DNA of 64,000 bases, from NCBI RefSeq assembly GCF_039654945.1, contig NW_027361906.1, forward strand, positions 2,728,001-2,792,000, in the 5' to 3' direction. Below the pieces are notes generated by a model, which saw nothing but the letters and a program-made list of their open reading frames with translations, was not told the DNA's origin and searched no databases. The position numbers and the translations under genes were made by a program. The first letter of the stretch is position 1; every line of letters starts with the position of its first letter. This document shows positions 27,022-39,675 of this stretch, piece after piece. The stretch comes from Dendrobates tinctorius (lineage: Eukaryota).

Positions 27022-27900
27022 AATGATAGGGACAATTAAAATTCATTTTTGCCATTGTCTGCCACATATTTTGATGTACAGCATTCTCTTTGTAGTTACG
27101 TGTTGCTCTGTATCTTATAATATTTATACATGGAAGCTATTTAACATCCACATCACTTTAGCTATTTGTCATTCCTACATGATCTACAACCATTAAAACT
27201 GGAAATCGCCCCATGTCCTGTAGTAGACTATAAGTTCTCTCGTTTCTGAACACTCTCTACTGCTCTGTTAATTCTTGACAGTGAAATAAATATTTGTGTT
27301 GTAATGGATGACAATATGTCACAAAGGAGAAGAAATAAAAACACATTAGCACTTTGTTTTAAGTTAAATAAACTTTGCTCAGAGTCATTATTTTAGGTGT
27401 TTAACATCCAAGTATCCAGATGTCTGGCACCATCTAGTGGATGATGAGTTTATAAAGCAGAGAAGTCTAAACTTTTGGGTTATATTTTTCCTTCATTTCT
27501 TTGTTTACTGTCCCATAGTTCCCAACCGTCCCAGATCCACTGTGAGAGTCCCAATTTGGTTGATCTGTCCCCAGAGGTCAGGGTTACATCAGTTCACCAT
27601 GCATTGTGGTGTGTTACTCAGTTCATTGCTCTGCTCTCTTCATACTTGCATTCATTTTTAACCCATTCTTATCCCATTTAAGTGTGATCTGCCCCAGTAT
27701 TCAAACACACCAAACCTATAGCATTGGAGGCAGCAGCAATAGCTAAGAGAAACAGGCTGCACCAACACATGTAGGAGAATTTTCTGCATTTTAATATGTG
27801 TTATATTTTTCTTCTTTACAGGCGTATTGTACTGATACATAAAGCTACAAACAAGCATGTTTTTCTCTGAAAAAGACACAGCATTTTAGAGTCAAACATA

Positions 27901-28618
27901 CAGTTAGGTCCATATATATTTGGACAGAGACAACATTTTTCTAATTTTGGTTCTACCACAATGAATTTTAAACAAAACAATTCAGATGCAGATGAAGTTC
28001 AGACTTTCAGCTTTCATTTGAAGGTATCCACATTAAAATTGGATGAACGGTTTAGGAGTTTCAGCTCCTTAACATGTGCCACCCTGTTTTTAAAGGGACC
28101 AAAAGTAATTGGACAGATTAAATAATTGTAAATAAAATGTTCATTTCTAGTACTTGGTTGAAAACCCTTTGTTGGCAATGACTGCCTGGAGTCTTGAACT
28201 CATGGACATCACCAGACGCTGTGTTTCCTCCTTTTTGATGCTCTGCCAGGCCTTCACTGCGGTGGTTTTCAGTTGCTGTTTGTTTCTGGGCCTTTCTGTC
28301 TGAAGATTAGTCTTTAACAAGTGAAATGCATGCTCAATTGGGTTGAGATCAGGTGACTGACTTGGCCATTCAAGAATATTCCAGTTCTTTGCTTTAATAA
28401 ACTCCTGGGTTGCTTTGGCTTTATGTTTTGGGTCATTGTTCATCTGTAGTATGAAACGACGACCAATCAGTTGGGCTGCATTTGGCTGGATCTGAACACA
28501 CAGTATGGCTCTGAATACCTCAGAATTCATTCGGCTGCTTCTGTCCTGTGTCACATCATCAATAAACACTAGTGACCCAGTGCCACTGTCTCTGTCCAAA
28601 TATATATGGACCTAACTG
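27901..28618 (-). mobile_element. Internally deleted Tc1 (DD34E) transposon
   Basis: Perfect ~32-bp TIRs CAGTTAGGTCCATATATATTTGGACAGAGACA; TA on both flanks; carries only the C-terminal transposase. Confidence 0.93.
28147..28590 (-). pseudogene. Tc1 transposase C-terminal fragment
   Basis: QMNNDPKH...WPSQSPDLNPIE; 34-residue spacing to E, with the second catalytic D changed to N. Confidence 0.9.
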
Positions 28619-29237
28619 TATATAGTTAAACTCTGATACATGCTGCCCACGGATCAGGCAATATGGATCAGATGTCAGGTATTTGAGAAAGGTTTAATAT
28701 TTCAGCTTTCTTGTTACTTCACGAAGGTTTCCAAGAGATGAAAGATTCCTTTTATGGACAACATGAAACATGTCATGAACCACAAATATCCTTAGAGCAG
28801 GAAAAGATGCACAAATTTACTGAATTGCTAGTGAAGACCATTACATACACTTTCTTGCTTTATATGCCTTAACTTTCAATACATCTAACCGCTTTGTGAA
28901 CAACCTTGGACCTTGAAATACCAGGAATACCCCAGAAGACCTTCCGAATACTGTGCGGACCCACGACCTGCCATATAAAACCTGGAATAAGATCTACTGT
29001 ATGCCAAGGACAACCCACGTCACAACTGTATATCGGGAAAAGTTCAAACGATCTTGCGTATGCTGGGAGCACAGCAAAAGGAGTGCCTTATACAAGGAAC
29101 ACAACACAAGAACGGCCGCACACGGGAACACCCCACAAGTTATGGTGTGTACTGAGGAGCACCACACAAGTTGTGCCAAATACAGGGAACACCCCAAAAT
29201 ATCTGTCATATAGCTGGAACAGCCAAGACTCACTGTA

Positions 29238-29519
29238 TCCCGGTGTAACAGGCCAGATTAACCCCACCGCCCAGAATATACCCGTGGTTAAAGTGGCCTA
29301 GGCCAGTGTATACCGCTCTGGGCCAGAATATACCCCGGGTATATGGACAGGGGCCCCAGGCAGCGCACAGGGAGGCAAAGACAGCGCATGGGGCCCCAGG
29401 CAGCACAAGGGGCCCCAGACATGGCACAGGGTCCCCAGACATCGCACAGTTGGCCTAGGCCACTTTAACCCCGGGTATATTCTGGGCGGAGGAGTTAATC
29501 TGGCCTGTTACACCTGGGA
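29238..29519. mobile_element. Fold-back MITE within a degenerate GGGAACACCCCACAAG repeat region (28900-29600)
   Basis: ~65-bp inverted arms TGTAACAGGCCAGATTAAC...GTGGCCTAGGCCA. Confidence 0.6.
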
Positions 29520-29686
29520 ATAGCTGACGACTTGCCGTATACAAGGGGAATTCCCACAAGACCTGCCCTATACCGTCGAACATCCTACAAGACCTAAACT
29601 TTGAAGTTGCTTCAGCCATCACAATCCGATCCAATAAATGAAGCTGATGTGTTGGATGCAGGAAAATAAAATTGGGAAAACTCTAA

Positions 29687-30233
29687 GGGCCCCGTCACAC
29701 ATAGCCACTCACCAGCGATCCCGACAACGATATCAACATGTCAGGATCGCTGGTGAGTCGCTACATGATCGCTGGTGAGCTGCCAAACAGGCAGCTTCAC
29801 TAGCGATCAGCACCAGCGATGCCGAGCGCCCGGCGTCGCTGTTTACTTTAGTTACCAGCGCGCTGATGCAGGGAGCTGGTAACTAAGGTACACATCGGGT
29901 TTCTAAGGGGCGTGCGTCACTTAGAATCCCGATGTGTACCTTGGTTACCAGCTCCCTGCATCAGCGTGCTGGTAACTAAGGTACACATCGGGTTTCTAGG
30001 TGCGGCGCGCCCCTTAGAAACCGTGCGTTTACCCTAGTTACCAGCTCGCTGGTCGCTTGTCTCCCGCCTGTCACACGCAGCGATGCGTGCTGGCCAACGG
30101 GAGACCACCGACCCCAAAAATGTCCAGAGGTTTCCACAGCGATCGCGGGCAGAGGGGCCAGTCGCTGATAGCTGTCACACACAGCGATCTCGCTCGCTGT
30201 TGCATCACAAAACTTGCTATGTCTAATGGGGAC
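29687..30233. mobile_element. PIF/Harbinger-type MITE
   Basis: TAA|GGGCCCCGTCACAC ... GTCTAATGGGGAC|TTA; internal CAGCGATC/GATCGCTG and GTTACC/GGTAAC hairpins. Confidence 0.7.
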
Positions 30234-32325
30234 TTAAATGTTCACGTGCTGCTTAATAGATCCCACTCCTGATAGGAGCCATTGTCACAAGATCATCAGT
30301 GCTACTCAGTTTTCTTGTCACTTGTTTTAATGTTACGGATGATCCGCATATAGGTCTGGTGGTGTTGGCATCTTACCTGATCTACAGGAGGTCTCCAGCA
30401 GTAAAACACAGCTGACATTATCTCTCCCACCTTTTTTTACTGATATCAGAAGCAGAGTTTCACATTCTTATATTATGCAAGTGGAATTCCAGTATGCATA
30501 ATAATATTTGTTCTTTAAACTCTCACTCCATCACCTACCCTTCACCACTCCGGAGAGATAAATCCCCCATGACCCTCTATGAAAGACATATACATTCTAG
30601 GCAGAGGAGATATATCATTGGTGCAACCTGTTCAGAGGCCCAAGAGGTAGGAGGGCCACGACCACTTCCAAAGCAGGTGGAATTGTGCATTATGATGATC
30701 CATTACAAAGGGTCCATGTATTGTTCTTTCCCAGGGGCCTCTTCTGTGTGTCCACCAGTGGAATACTTTTTTCCACTCCATTCCGCAAGGCCTAGACGCT
30801 TCATGTCTCCCTATTAGACACTGGAAGATATATATCTTTGTACCGTGTTAGGCAGCAGATAGAACAATATTTAGGACTCTCAAATCTAAGTATTTCCCTA
30901 TTAGACAAGGAGTCGAAGAACCTTACCTTAGGATAGGAATATCTCTCAACAGGACTCCTGAAGGAAGCCATGGAACATCTAACCTTGGTCCTCAAATTTT
31001 TACCGAGCCCACCTTTTAATGACAATGGTATGACTCTGCTCATTGCATCTAAATCTACACAGCAAAGCTAAAAAGTTAGCTGCAGGAAACATAACCCTAT
31101 TGCGCTTGCTCTGGGATTCAGTGTGAAAACTGCAAGTTTTCAAGTTTATATGTGTAGATCACAAAAAAACAGCCAAAAATAAAAAGATGTAGAATAAAAA
31201 TAAATTCTATATCCCCCTCCCCCTCAATCCAAAGATGCAACATCTTTTTTAAAGGACTGCCCCCCCCTGCCCTTTCAGGAATTACCTTTGAAACAAAGCT
31301 ACCCATTAAATAATTGCAAAGAAGCCTGTGTTTAACACTGGTGATGTTTTTTCTCGGCACAAGCTGGACGGTGATGGATGTTGCCATTCACATTACTGTA
31401 TACAGTTCTATAAAACATAGCACCGGGCGCAACAGAAAACTCACCCCGACGGCTGCTCTGTTTACAGTCCGGGACCATAAAAGCTAAACCGATTCAGGAA
31501 TTATCTCTTCAATTGTTTTTCAAAGAACAAAACATTCACTAATTGCCGTCACAATGTTGCTCCGCGGACTCTTATTCCGCCGGCGCATGTTTTATTATTA
31601 TTTAAATTATTATGGAAAATTGTAGACAAAAAATACTGTCGGAGTTGGTGGAGGACAACACATTCCAGAGCTAAGCCTGGCAATAAAGTTATTACCCAGC
31701 TTCTAACACATCATTGTGTAAACACAGCCTTTAATTATTTCTGTTGGCGACGCAGAAAAAAAATATTTTAGTGCAAATATTTTAGAGCATAATACATTTT
31801 AGCATTTCATTTTTACTTTTTGTAATAAAAATTATGTGCAAAAATAATGAAAATAAAATTATGTAAAAAAAAAAAGAAAGAATAGGGGATAAGGTTTCTT
31901 ACTAGTGTACAGGTATGAAAGCCGTTCATAATATCACCAAATAAACACTTTTGGTGACACTGGTTATTTCACGATTGGAGATTTCCAGTTTGTGAATTGA
32001 CCCCAGAATGGAGGATAAAATCAAGTGATCGGTTTTCTGTGGATCAGTGTGAAGCCACGTTACAATAGGAAAACGCAGCGTTCAGAACAATTTCAATCAA
32101 TGCATCGGAGCTGGGAGTAGCCAAAGGGATTGATTGAAGACGGAGCTGCCACCCTCAGCAGTAAAACAAATAGTGGCAACCAACAGCACACAGATGAATA
32201 AACAGAATGCACACTCCAAAGATCCAAGGGCCCAACAGGATCAACGGCTCACGGAAAACATAAAGAAGGAGCAGCAGCCATTCCAGGTGAAGAAGAATCT
32301 TTTGCTTTTATTCTGCCATCAATAA

Positions 32326-32364
32326 ATACAACGTTTCGACCATAAAATGGTCTTTATCAAGTAC
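32326..32364 (-). ncRNA. Putative minimal type I hammerhead ribozyme (U3-A8 core variant)
   Basis: GUAC UUGAUAA A GACCAU uuu AUGGUC GAAAC GUU^ GUAU: stem I GUAC/GUAU, 6-bp stem II, GAAA, palindromic AACGUU stem III. Confidence 0.6.
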
Positions 32365-33541
32365 AACAAATAGCAATTAGAGCGGCCTTATGTGGTGTGG
32401 ACAAACCAATCACCATTCAGGAAACGCCCATTAGTCAAAAATATATATAGAGATCACATCATATAAGACATCAAACATATAAAACAATCGGTGCGTTATA
32501 CATAGTACAATGTGTAGATACAAAGATACAAAAAAATCTCACAGACACAAGTGCATAAACATTAGTAAACAATATCCACAAAGCGATCACCCAATCCCCA
32601 TACAGCATAGCGATCACTATGGCAATAAACCGCCAACCAATATCCTACATACATAGCCACAAAATGTTCTTTTGTGATGTGTTTTTTGGTGTTCAATCCC
32701 CGTGCCCTCTTTCCTTCCTTATATGCTGCCATTGTGTTAATGCTATGTAATACAGATTGTAATGCATTTTTGATTGATGTGTTTTTATACATTTCTACTA
32801 TATTACTAGTTATTGCAGCCTAGATAATGCCATGGATTGGGTAATAGTGAACTTTTGACTCCGTGTTCTAGCTTGGCTTGCGGGTGTCCTGTCGGCGGTG
32901 GTAGGTTTGTTTACATGGCTGGTCATGTGACCGGTCATGTGACAACCTCCATGATCTGACGGATGCTTGCAGCTGTGCTGGCGATCGATGGTGGGCAGAG
33001 CAGGGTCGACTCTTGTAGATTGCATCCTGTCTATGACACCGCGCATGTGTGGTGCCTTTGACATGGTTGCATCGCGAGATTTCGCCCGTGTCTCTGTCCT
33101 CTGTGCGGCTGCGCGGCGCCATTGCACGCCATCTATGAGCCATATACACAGGTAATTATGGCAGCAATTTTGCATTCTATCACATGTGTGGACCGCAGTC
33201 ATAGGCTACTTGCTTGGCGCCAACACTAAGAAGCGCTTCTATTGCTTGAGGAAAGTGGCTATGTATGTAGGATATTGGTTGGCGGTTTATTGCCATAGTG
33301 ATCGCTATTCTGTATGGGGATTGGGTGATCGCTTTGTGGATATTGTTTACTAATGTTTATGCACTTGAGTCTGTGAGATTTTTTGTATCTACACATTGTA
33401 CTATGTATAACGCACCGATTGTTTTATATGTTTGATGTCTTATATGATGTGATCTCTATATATATTTTTGACTAATGGGCGTTTCCTGAATGGTCATTGG
33501 TTTGTCCACACCATATAAGGCCGCTCTAATTGCTATTTGTT

Positions 33542-33580
33542 GTACTTGATAAAGACCAATTTATGGTCGGAACGTTGTAT
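33542..33580 (+). ncRNA. Second hammerhead motif copy with GAAA>GGAA change (probably impaired)
   Basis: GTAC TTGATAAA GACCA attta TGGTC GGAAC GTT GTAT. Confidence 0.45.
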
Positions 33581-33779
33581 TTGTTGATGGCAGAATAAAA
33601 GCAAAAGATTCTTCTTCGCCTGGAATGGATGCTGCTCCTTCTTTGTTTTCCGAGAGCTGCCACCCTCGTCGGGATTTCTCATGCCAACCAAAAAGGTCAA
33701 GAATATACCTAGGATGACCGTACTTGAGGGAAACGGACAGTGAAAAAATATAAAACAAACTTGTCAATGAAACGGATAA

Positions 33780-34020
33780 GATGTGGATGGGAGGAATCGT
33801 TCTGATGAAAGGGATCAGAGGAGGATGTGAAGAATCATTGTGATGAAAGGGATGGGAGGAATCGTTCTAATAAAAGGTGTAGGAAAAAGGTGAAGAGGAA
33901 TCTACTAACCAAAGGCATCAGAGAAAGATGTGAGGAATCATCCTGAAGAAAGCAGTCAGAGTAGGATTTGAGGAATCATTCTGATGAAAGGAGTAAGAGG
34001 AGGATGTGAGACATTATTCT
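33780..34020 (+). repeat. Degenerate ~38-bp tandem repeat (GAGGAATCATTCTGATGAAAGGGATCAGAGGAGGATGT)
   Basis: About 5-6 diverged copies. Confidence 0.6.
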
Positions 34021-37000
34021 TGTGAACAGGCAGGTGGGGTACAGTTAAGAAAACTACAACTGAATATAAAGCCCATGTCCCCAACTAAAGTGTCTTAATG
34101 CCCAACATTAGCACGGATAGTAGACTAACGGCAGATGACAGATTCCAGAAGGGCTAGACACCAGCAGACAAAAGAGCAAAAGTAATATAAGAGAAATGTA
34201 AACCATTGCCTGGTCATAAAAATCCAGATTTCTGCTGTACCATGCTGATAAGAGGATCAGAAATTGGCAGCATGAATCCTTCCCATCAGGTAAGAACAGT
34301 TCAGTCTGTTGGAGGTGGAGAAATGGTAGAGGGGGACATTTTCTTGACGAACCTTGGGTCTCATGATACCTGCAGCTAGATTACCCATTCTTTTCGGATT
34401 GGTATGGGTAAGGTTCTTTTAGTGCATCCTGACTCCTCTACTACCTGTGGATGGATGACGCAGGCTTGTGGAAGCAGAATAATAGGGTTAAGTGTTCTTG
34501 GTACATTATGACTCCTCTGATACACAAGGATGAATAAATCCTTGAATTCTTGTTAGATATGCGGAGGTAAAGTAATAGTAATGATTGGGGAAAGTTTTCT
34601 TTGCTCATCCTGGCTCCGCTCATACCTGTGGACATAGGGCTTGCCTAGTTCTTAGAACCAACCACGTGCATAGTAAGAAGACCAGTGCTAGCAGTGGCAC
34701 AGTTTGTCGGTGTCCCCCACTGATGAGAGGAGACCGAGAAAAAGATAGTGTGACAAGGAGCAAAAGCAAGGAAAGTGAGAGTGAATTCCCAAAAGAGGAC
34801 ACCCATCAGTATGGCCCAGAGTTTACAACTCATAAAGACAACGCAATGGGACAGTATAGGCTACGCAGAACGAAGATGAGCTCCCTGGGCAGGTGTTCCA
34901 AAGTTTCAGAAAAAGAAAGATATGTACCGGCCATACTAATGACTCGCCACCAGAGGCCATGGGGTACTCGGTGCCGGGCCCTTTGATTACAATGGGAGAT
35001 GTCACAGTGGCGGTGACCCGGTCCGTGGCCTCAGGCGGTCAATGTAAAAGAGGTAGTGTGATGGGGATAAAGTTGTTGAGACGATTCGTGACGCCACCTG
35101 TGGTTTCTGGTCAGTTTGACCAGCGCTGCAGGTTTGCTTCTCTGGGACAGATTGTGTTGTGCAGCAATGATGTTGTAGCCCTCCACAGGTAGGGCTGTAG
35201 TCCCAGGGCAGAGTAGATGAGGTTGGCAAATGAGGAGATAGTGAGGAGAAGCAGATGGTGCAGTGTTAGGCACAGAGATGTAGTAGTGCTAAGTGGGTTG
35301 GTGCAGGAAAAAGGCAATGAGACAGCGGAGTGCAGTTCCAGTTCTTTTACTCACGTTTTTGGCACAGACAGGTGCCCGCTTCAATGCTGCAGTCTCCAGA
35401 TCAGGGGCTCAGCCAACTCCCAGGCAGATGGAATTAACCTTTCCAGCTCTCCCTTTCGTGTGCCTGTTCTGAACGTCTCCTCACTAGCGCTTATACTGAA
35501 GTACTTGTAGTTGTGTGTTAAACCCAAGTTCCTCCTTTCAGATGTTCCTTTGAACTCTACTCGCATGACAAGTGACTGTAGCCTGCTTCGAGGACTCCAT
35601 CCGTCATGTCCCGGTTCACACATAGGTTGCTACCGTGTCTTCGAGTCTTTTGTGGGAATAGAAGTGGTCACAGCTCCTATTCCTCCGGTGTCTGCTGCTG
35701 GAACATTAGTTTCACAAACAGCCTCGGGGACCGGACCCCGACCATGCGCTTAGAACTTGAGGAAGGGTTCCAGTCCGACCCTAATCCTTAGTTCTCTTCT
35801 TCCCCTTACGTTCCGCACTAATCTTTCTTCCTTCTGGAGAATGAGGATTTCTATTTCTCTTTCCCGTGCCAGCAGCTTCAGGTCACTGAAGTCTGCTGCA
35901 GCACCTCCTTCACTCCATCCCTCTCAGGGGATCTTCTCTCACAGACTCACCTCTTCCTAATATTCTCCTGCTCTCTTGTGCAGTCTAAGCTCCACTCACC
36001 TCCCAGCACTCTTCGTGTTCCAAGCAGGGAGCCATGAAGGTTGCTCTGCTACACTACTGTGTTGTGTGGGATGCGGGTGTTGGAGGCTGGTGAGGTGTTA
36101 CCATCTTACCTGGAGAGTGGGGTACTACACCTCAGGAGGAGGTGCAGTACCTCTATGGCGACTGAACCCTCAGGGGCGCCACATACCCCCTCCGTTAACC
36201 GCAGCACGTCCATGGGCTGTAAACAAATGAGAATTAAGATGTTACATAAGGAACATACAAAAATTTTAAAGTGCATTTTAACCAGTAAACAATTTTTAAA
36301 CTAAACTTCCCAGTATGGGAGGCACTGAATTTTGAACATTGCAGAACAAGTTAACAGACTACCTATGATTTAACTTTTCACCTAATTTAAAGTGCTATTG
36401 GCAGTAACCATTGCTAAGAAGTTAACTACCAGTTCAAGTATTACCATTTTCACTTCAACACCTTTTTTTTTGTCATTCACATTTCCACATTCTGCTGTTT
36501 CTTCTAGACCCATAGGTGACAAACGCTAACTCCTGGTTCGTCACCGGAATTCAAAATTTATATTCAGAGTTTCACTTTTTTTTTTTAAAGCATTACTACC
36601 AACTAAATTCTATAGAAAATCTGTTCTAATGCCATAACTATGCTCTACTGCTATCAACATTTTTATTAAAGACTACCAATACAACCTACTCTTGTAGAAG
36701 AAATGTTTTCACTATTAAATACTAAGCATTAATTATTAAGACATTAAGGGCAATCATTCTTGGGTGATATAGACACTGGTCCAGCCAGGATGTCTTGCAG
36801 TGTCCTTGGAATTGGAGCAGAACTCCAGGTCTGAGGTAGTCCTTATTTGAAGAAGGTTCATGTAAAACCAAGATAGAGCACCTTAAGAGGCGCAAACTAT
36901 TTACAAGCAAAGTTTGTGAATCATTTCCAGTTCGTGATTACTGCAGTTCTGTATAAAAGGGGAAAACTGATGCCCAAAACTAAGCAAAAACTGGAAACAA

Positions 37001-37135
37001 GTTAAACAATGGGGCACAACGGTGCCAATACCCTCCTGGGTAACAGTCATGATTTTTAAAGTGTTTCTAGTGATGCTCCCCTCCTGGAATGGTAGAAGCA
37101 GCTCTCTTTTGCTTTAGGGGAAGACTTTCAGGATG

Positions 37136-37723
37136 TCAACGTCCTGCTGGTGGATTCATAAACTGCAGGTACTCCTCCTGTTGGGCTTTGGGGATGGCTG
37201 CCTGTGCAGATGGGGTGGCAGCTGGTTTTTGAGCAGTAGCTGCCTGTGAGGGTAGCACAGCAGCTTCAGGCTGTATCTCTGCTGCCCTGGTTTTTGGTCT
37301 GACAGCTGGTGGCACTGCTGCCTGTGGTACGGCAGGCATAGCAACCTGTATCTGGGGGTGTTTGACTTCCGTGGATGTGGCCTGCTTGGCCTTGCTGGGT
37401 ACAAATACCATGGTGGGGACTGCCTCTGCCGGTGGAACATAAGCTTTGTCCCTTTTGTAGGCTGCTATAAACTCCTCCGGGATCAGAAGACGCTGGATGG
37501 GACTCGTCTGCTCCAGCTTTGCTCTTTTCAGCAGGGACTTCTTCCACTTCTCCATCGCAGTCAGCTTAGCATCTTGGAATTGAGAACACAGTTCTTCCAT
37601 TTGCTCCATGAGGAGTACAGGCCTGTTGGCCGCAGTAAACGGAAACTCGGGAGGCAACCCGATTGCAGGGGCGGCGGTCACACCTGGTGCCTTCTGGTGG
37701 TGTTCCGGCTCCGGTGCAGGCAC
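37136..37723 (-). CDS. Pro/Ala-rich ORF of the LTR element internal region (possibly Gag-derived; function unknown), copy 1
   Basis: 195-aa ORF in element sense orientation, nearly identical in the duplicate; no recognisable domain. Confidence 0.3.
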   Translation of the reverse strand: MPAPEPEHHQKAPGVTAAPAIGLPPEFPFTAANRPVLLMEQMEELCSQFQDAKLTAMEKWKKSLLKRAKLEQTSPIQRLLIPEEFIAAYKRDKAYVPPAEAVPTMVFVPSKAKQATSTEVKHPQIQVAMPAVPQAAVPPAVRPKTRAAEIQPEAAVLPSQAATAQKPAATPSAQAAIPKAQQEEYLQFMNPPAGR

Positions 37724-39087
37724 TGGACGGCAGCCGGTGGCAGCGGTGGTTGCTGGAGCTGCCTGGTCCGCGGACGGCGATGGTGGTGGAGAATCAGGCT
37801 TTCTATTTCTCTTTCCCGTGCCAGCAGCTTCAGGTCACTGAAGTCTGCTGCAGCACCTCCTTCACTCCATCCCTCTAAGGGGATCTTCTCTCACAGACTC
37901 ACCTTTTCCTAATATTCTCCTGCTCTCTTGTGCAGTCTAAGCTCCACCCACCTCCCAGCACTTTTCGTGTTCCAAGCAGGGAGCCATGAAGGTTGCTCTG
38001 CTACACTACTGTGTTGTGTGGGATGCGGGTGTTGGAGGCTGGTGAGGTGTTACCATCTTACCTGGAGAGTGGGATACTAAACCCCAGGAGGAGGTGCAGT
38101 ACCTCTATGGCGACTGAACCCTCAGGGGCGCCACATACCCCCTCCGTTAACCGCAGCACGTCCATGGGCTGTAAACAAATGAGAATTAAGATGTTACAAA
38201 AGGAACATACAAAAATTTTAAAGTGCATTTTAACCAGTAAACAATTTTTAAACTAAACTTCCCAGTATGGGAGGCACTGAATTTTGAACATTACAGAACA
38301 AGTTAACAGACTACCTATGATTTAACTTTTCACCTAATTTAAAGTGCTATTGGCAGTAACCATTGCTAAGAAGTTAACTACCAGTTCAAGTATTACCATT
38401 TTCACTTCAACACCTTTTTTTTTGTCATTCACATTTCCACATTCTGCTGTTTCTTCTAGACCCATAGGTGACAAACGCTAACTCCTGGTTCGTCACCGGA
38501 ATTCAAAATTTATATTCAGAGTTTCACTTTTTTTTTTTAAAGCATTACTACCAACTAAATTCTATAGAAAATCTGTTCTAATGCCATAACTATACTCTAC
38601 TGCTATCAACATTTTTATTAAAGACTACCAATACAACCTACTCTTGTAGAAGAAATGTTTTCACTATTAAATACTAAGCATTAATTATTAAGACATTAAG
38701 GGCAATCATTCTTGGGTGATATAGACACTGGTCCAGCCAGGATGTCTTGCAGTGTCCTTGGAATTGGAGCAGAACTCCAGGTCTGAGGTAGTCCTTATTT
38801 GAAGAAGGTTCATGTAAAACCAAGATAGAGCACCTTAAGAGGCGCAAACTATTTACAAGCAAAGTTTGTGAATCATTTCCAGTTCGTGATTACTGCAGTT
38901 CTGTATAAAAGGGGAAAACTGATGCCCAAAACTAAGCAAAAACTGGAAACAAGTTAAACAATGGGGCACAACGGTGCCAATACCCTCCTGGGTAACAGTC
39001 ATGATTTTTAAAGTGTTTCTAGTGATGCTCCCCTCCTGGAATGGTAGAAGCAGCTCTCTTTTGCTTTAGGGGAAGACTTTCAGGATG

Positions 39088-39675
39088 TCAACGTCCTGCT
39101 GGTGGATTCATAAACTGCAGGTACTCCTCCTGTTGGGCTTTGGGGATGGCTGCCTGTGCAGATGGGGTGGCAGCTGGTTTTTGAGCAGTAGCTGCCTGTG
39201 AGGGTAGCACAGCAGCTTCAGGCTGTATCTCTGCTGCCCTGGTTTTTGGTCTGACAGCTGGTGGCACTGCTGCCTGTGGTACGGCAGGCGTAGCAACCTG
39301 TATCTGGGGGTGTTTGACTTCCGTGGATGTGGCCTGCTTGGCCTTGCTGGGTACAAATACCATGGTGGGGACTGCCTCTGCCGGTGGAACATAAGCTTTG
39401 TCCCTTTTGTAGGCTGCTATAAACTCCTCCGGGATCAGAAGACGCTGGATGGGACGCGTCTGCTCCAGCTTTGCTCTTTTCAGCAGGGACTTCTTCCACT
39501 TCTCCATCGCAGTCAGCTTAGCATCTTGGAATTGAGAACACAGTTCTTCCATTTGCTCCATGAGGAGTACAGGCCTGTTGGCCGCAGTAAACGGAAACTC
39601 GGGAGGCAACCCGATTGCAGGGGCGGCGGTCACACCTGGTGCCTTCTGGTGGTGTTCCGGCTCCGGTGCAGGCAC
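39088..39675 (-). CDS. Same ORF, copy 2
   Basis: Differs from copy 1 at 2 amino acids. Confidence 0.3.
   Translation of the reverse strand: MPAPEPEHHQKAPGVTAAPAIGLPPEFPFTAANRPVLLMEQMEELCSQFQDAKLTAMEKWKKSLLKRAKLEQTRPIQRLLIPEEFIAAYKRDKAYVPPAEAVPTMVFVPSKAKQATSTEVKHPQIQVATPAVPQAAVPPAVRPKTRAAEIQPEAAVLPSQAATAQKPAATPSAQAAIPKAQQEEYLQFMNPPAGR

Larger units (their letters stand above)
32157..33653. mobile_element. Non-autonomous Penelope-like/retrozyme-like insertion with inverted pseudo-LTR arms
   Basis: 14-bp direct repeat GAGCTGCCACCCTC at 32143-32156 and 33654-33667; ~400-bp inverted arms 32252-32660 and 33255-33652; hammerhead-like motif followed by AATAAA in each arm; no RT ORF. Confidence 0.75.

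Noticed and set aside
33780-34020. CTGATGA repeats as further hammerheads
   Set aside because: No stem II followed by GAAA and no stem I pairing; degenerate minisatellite
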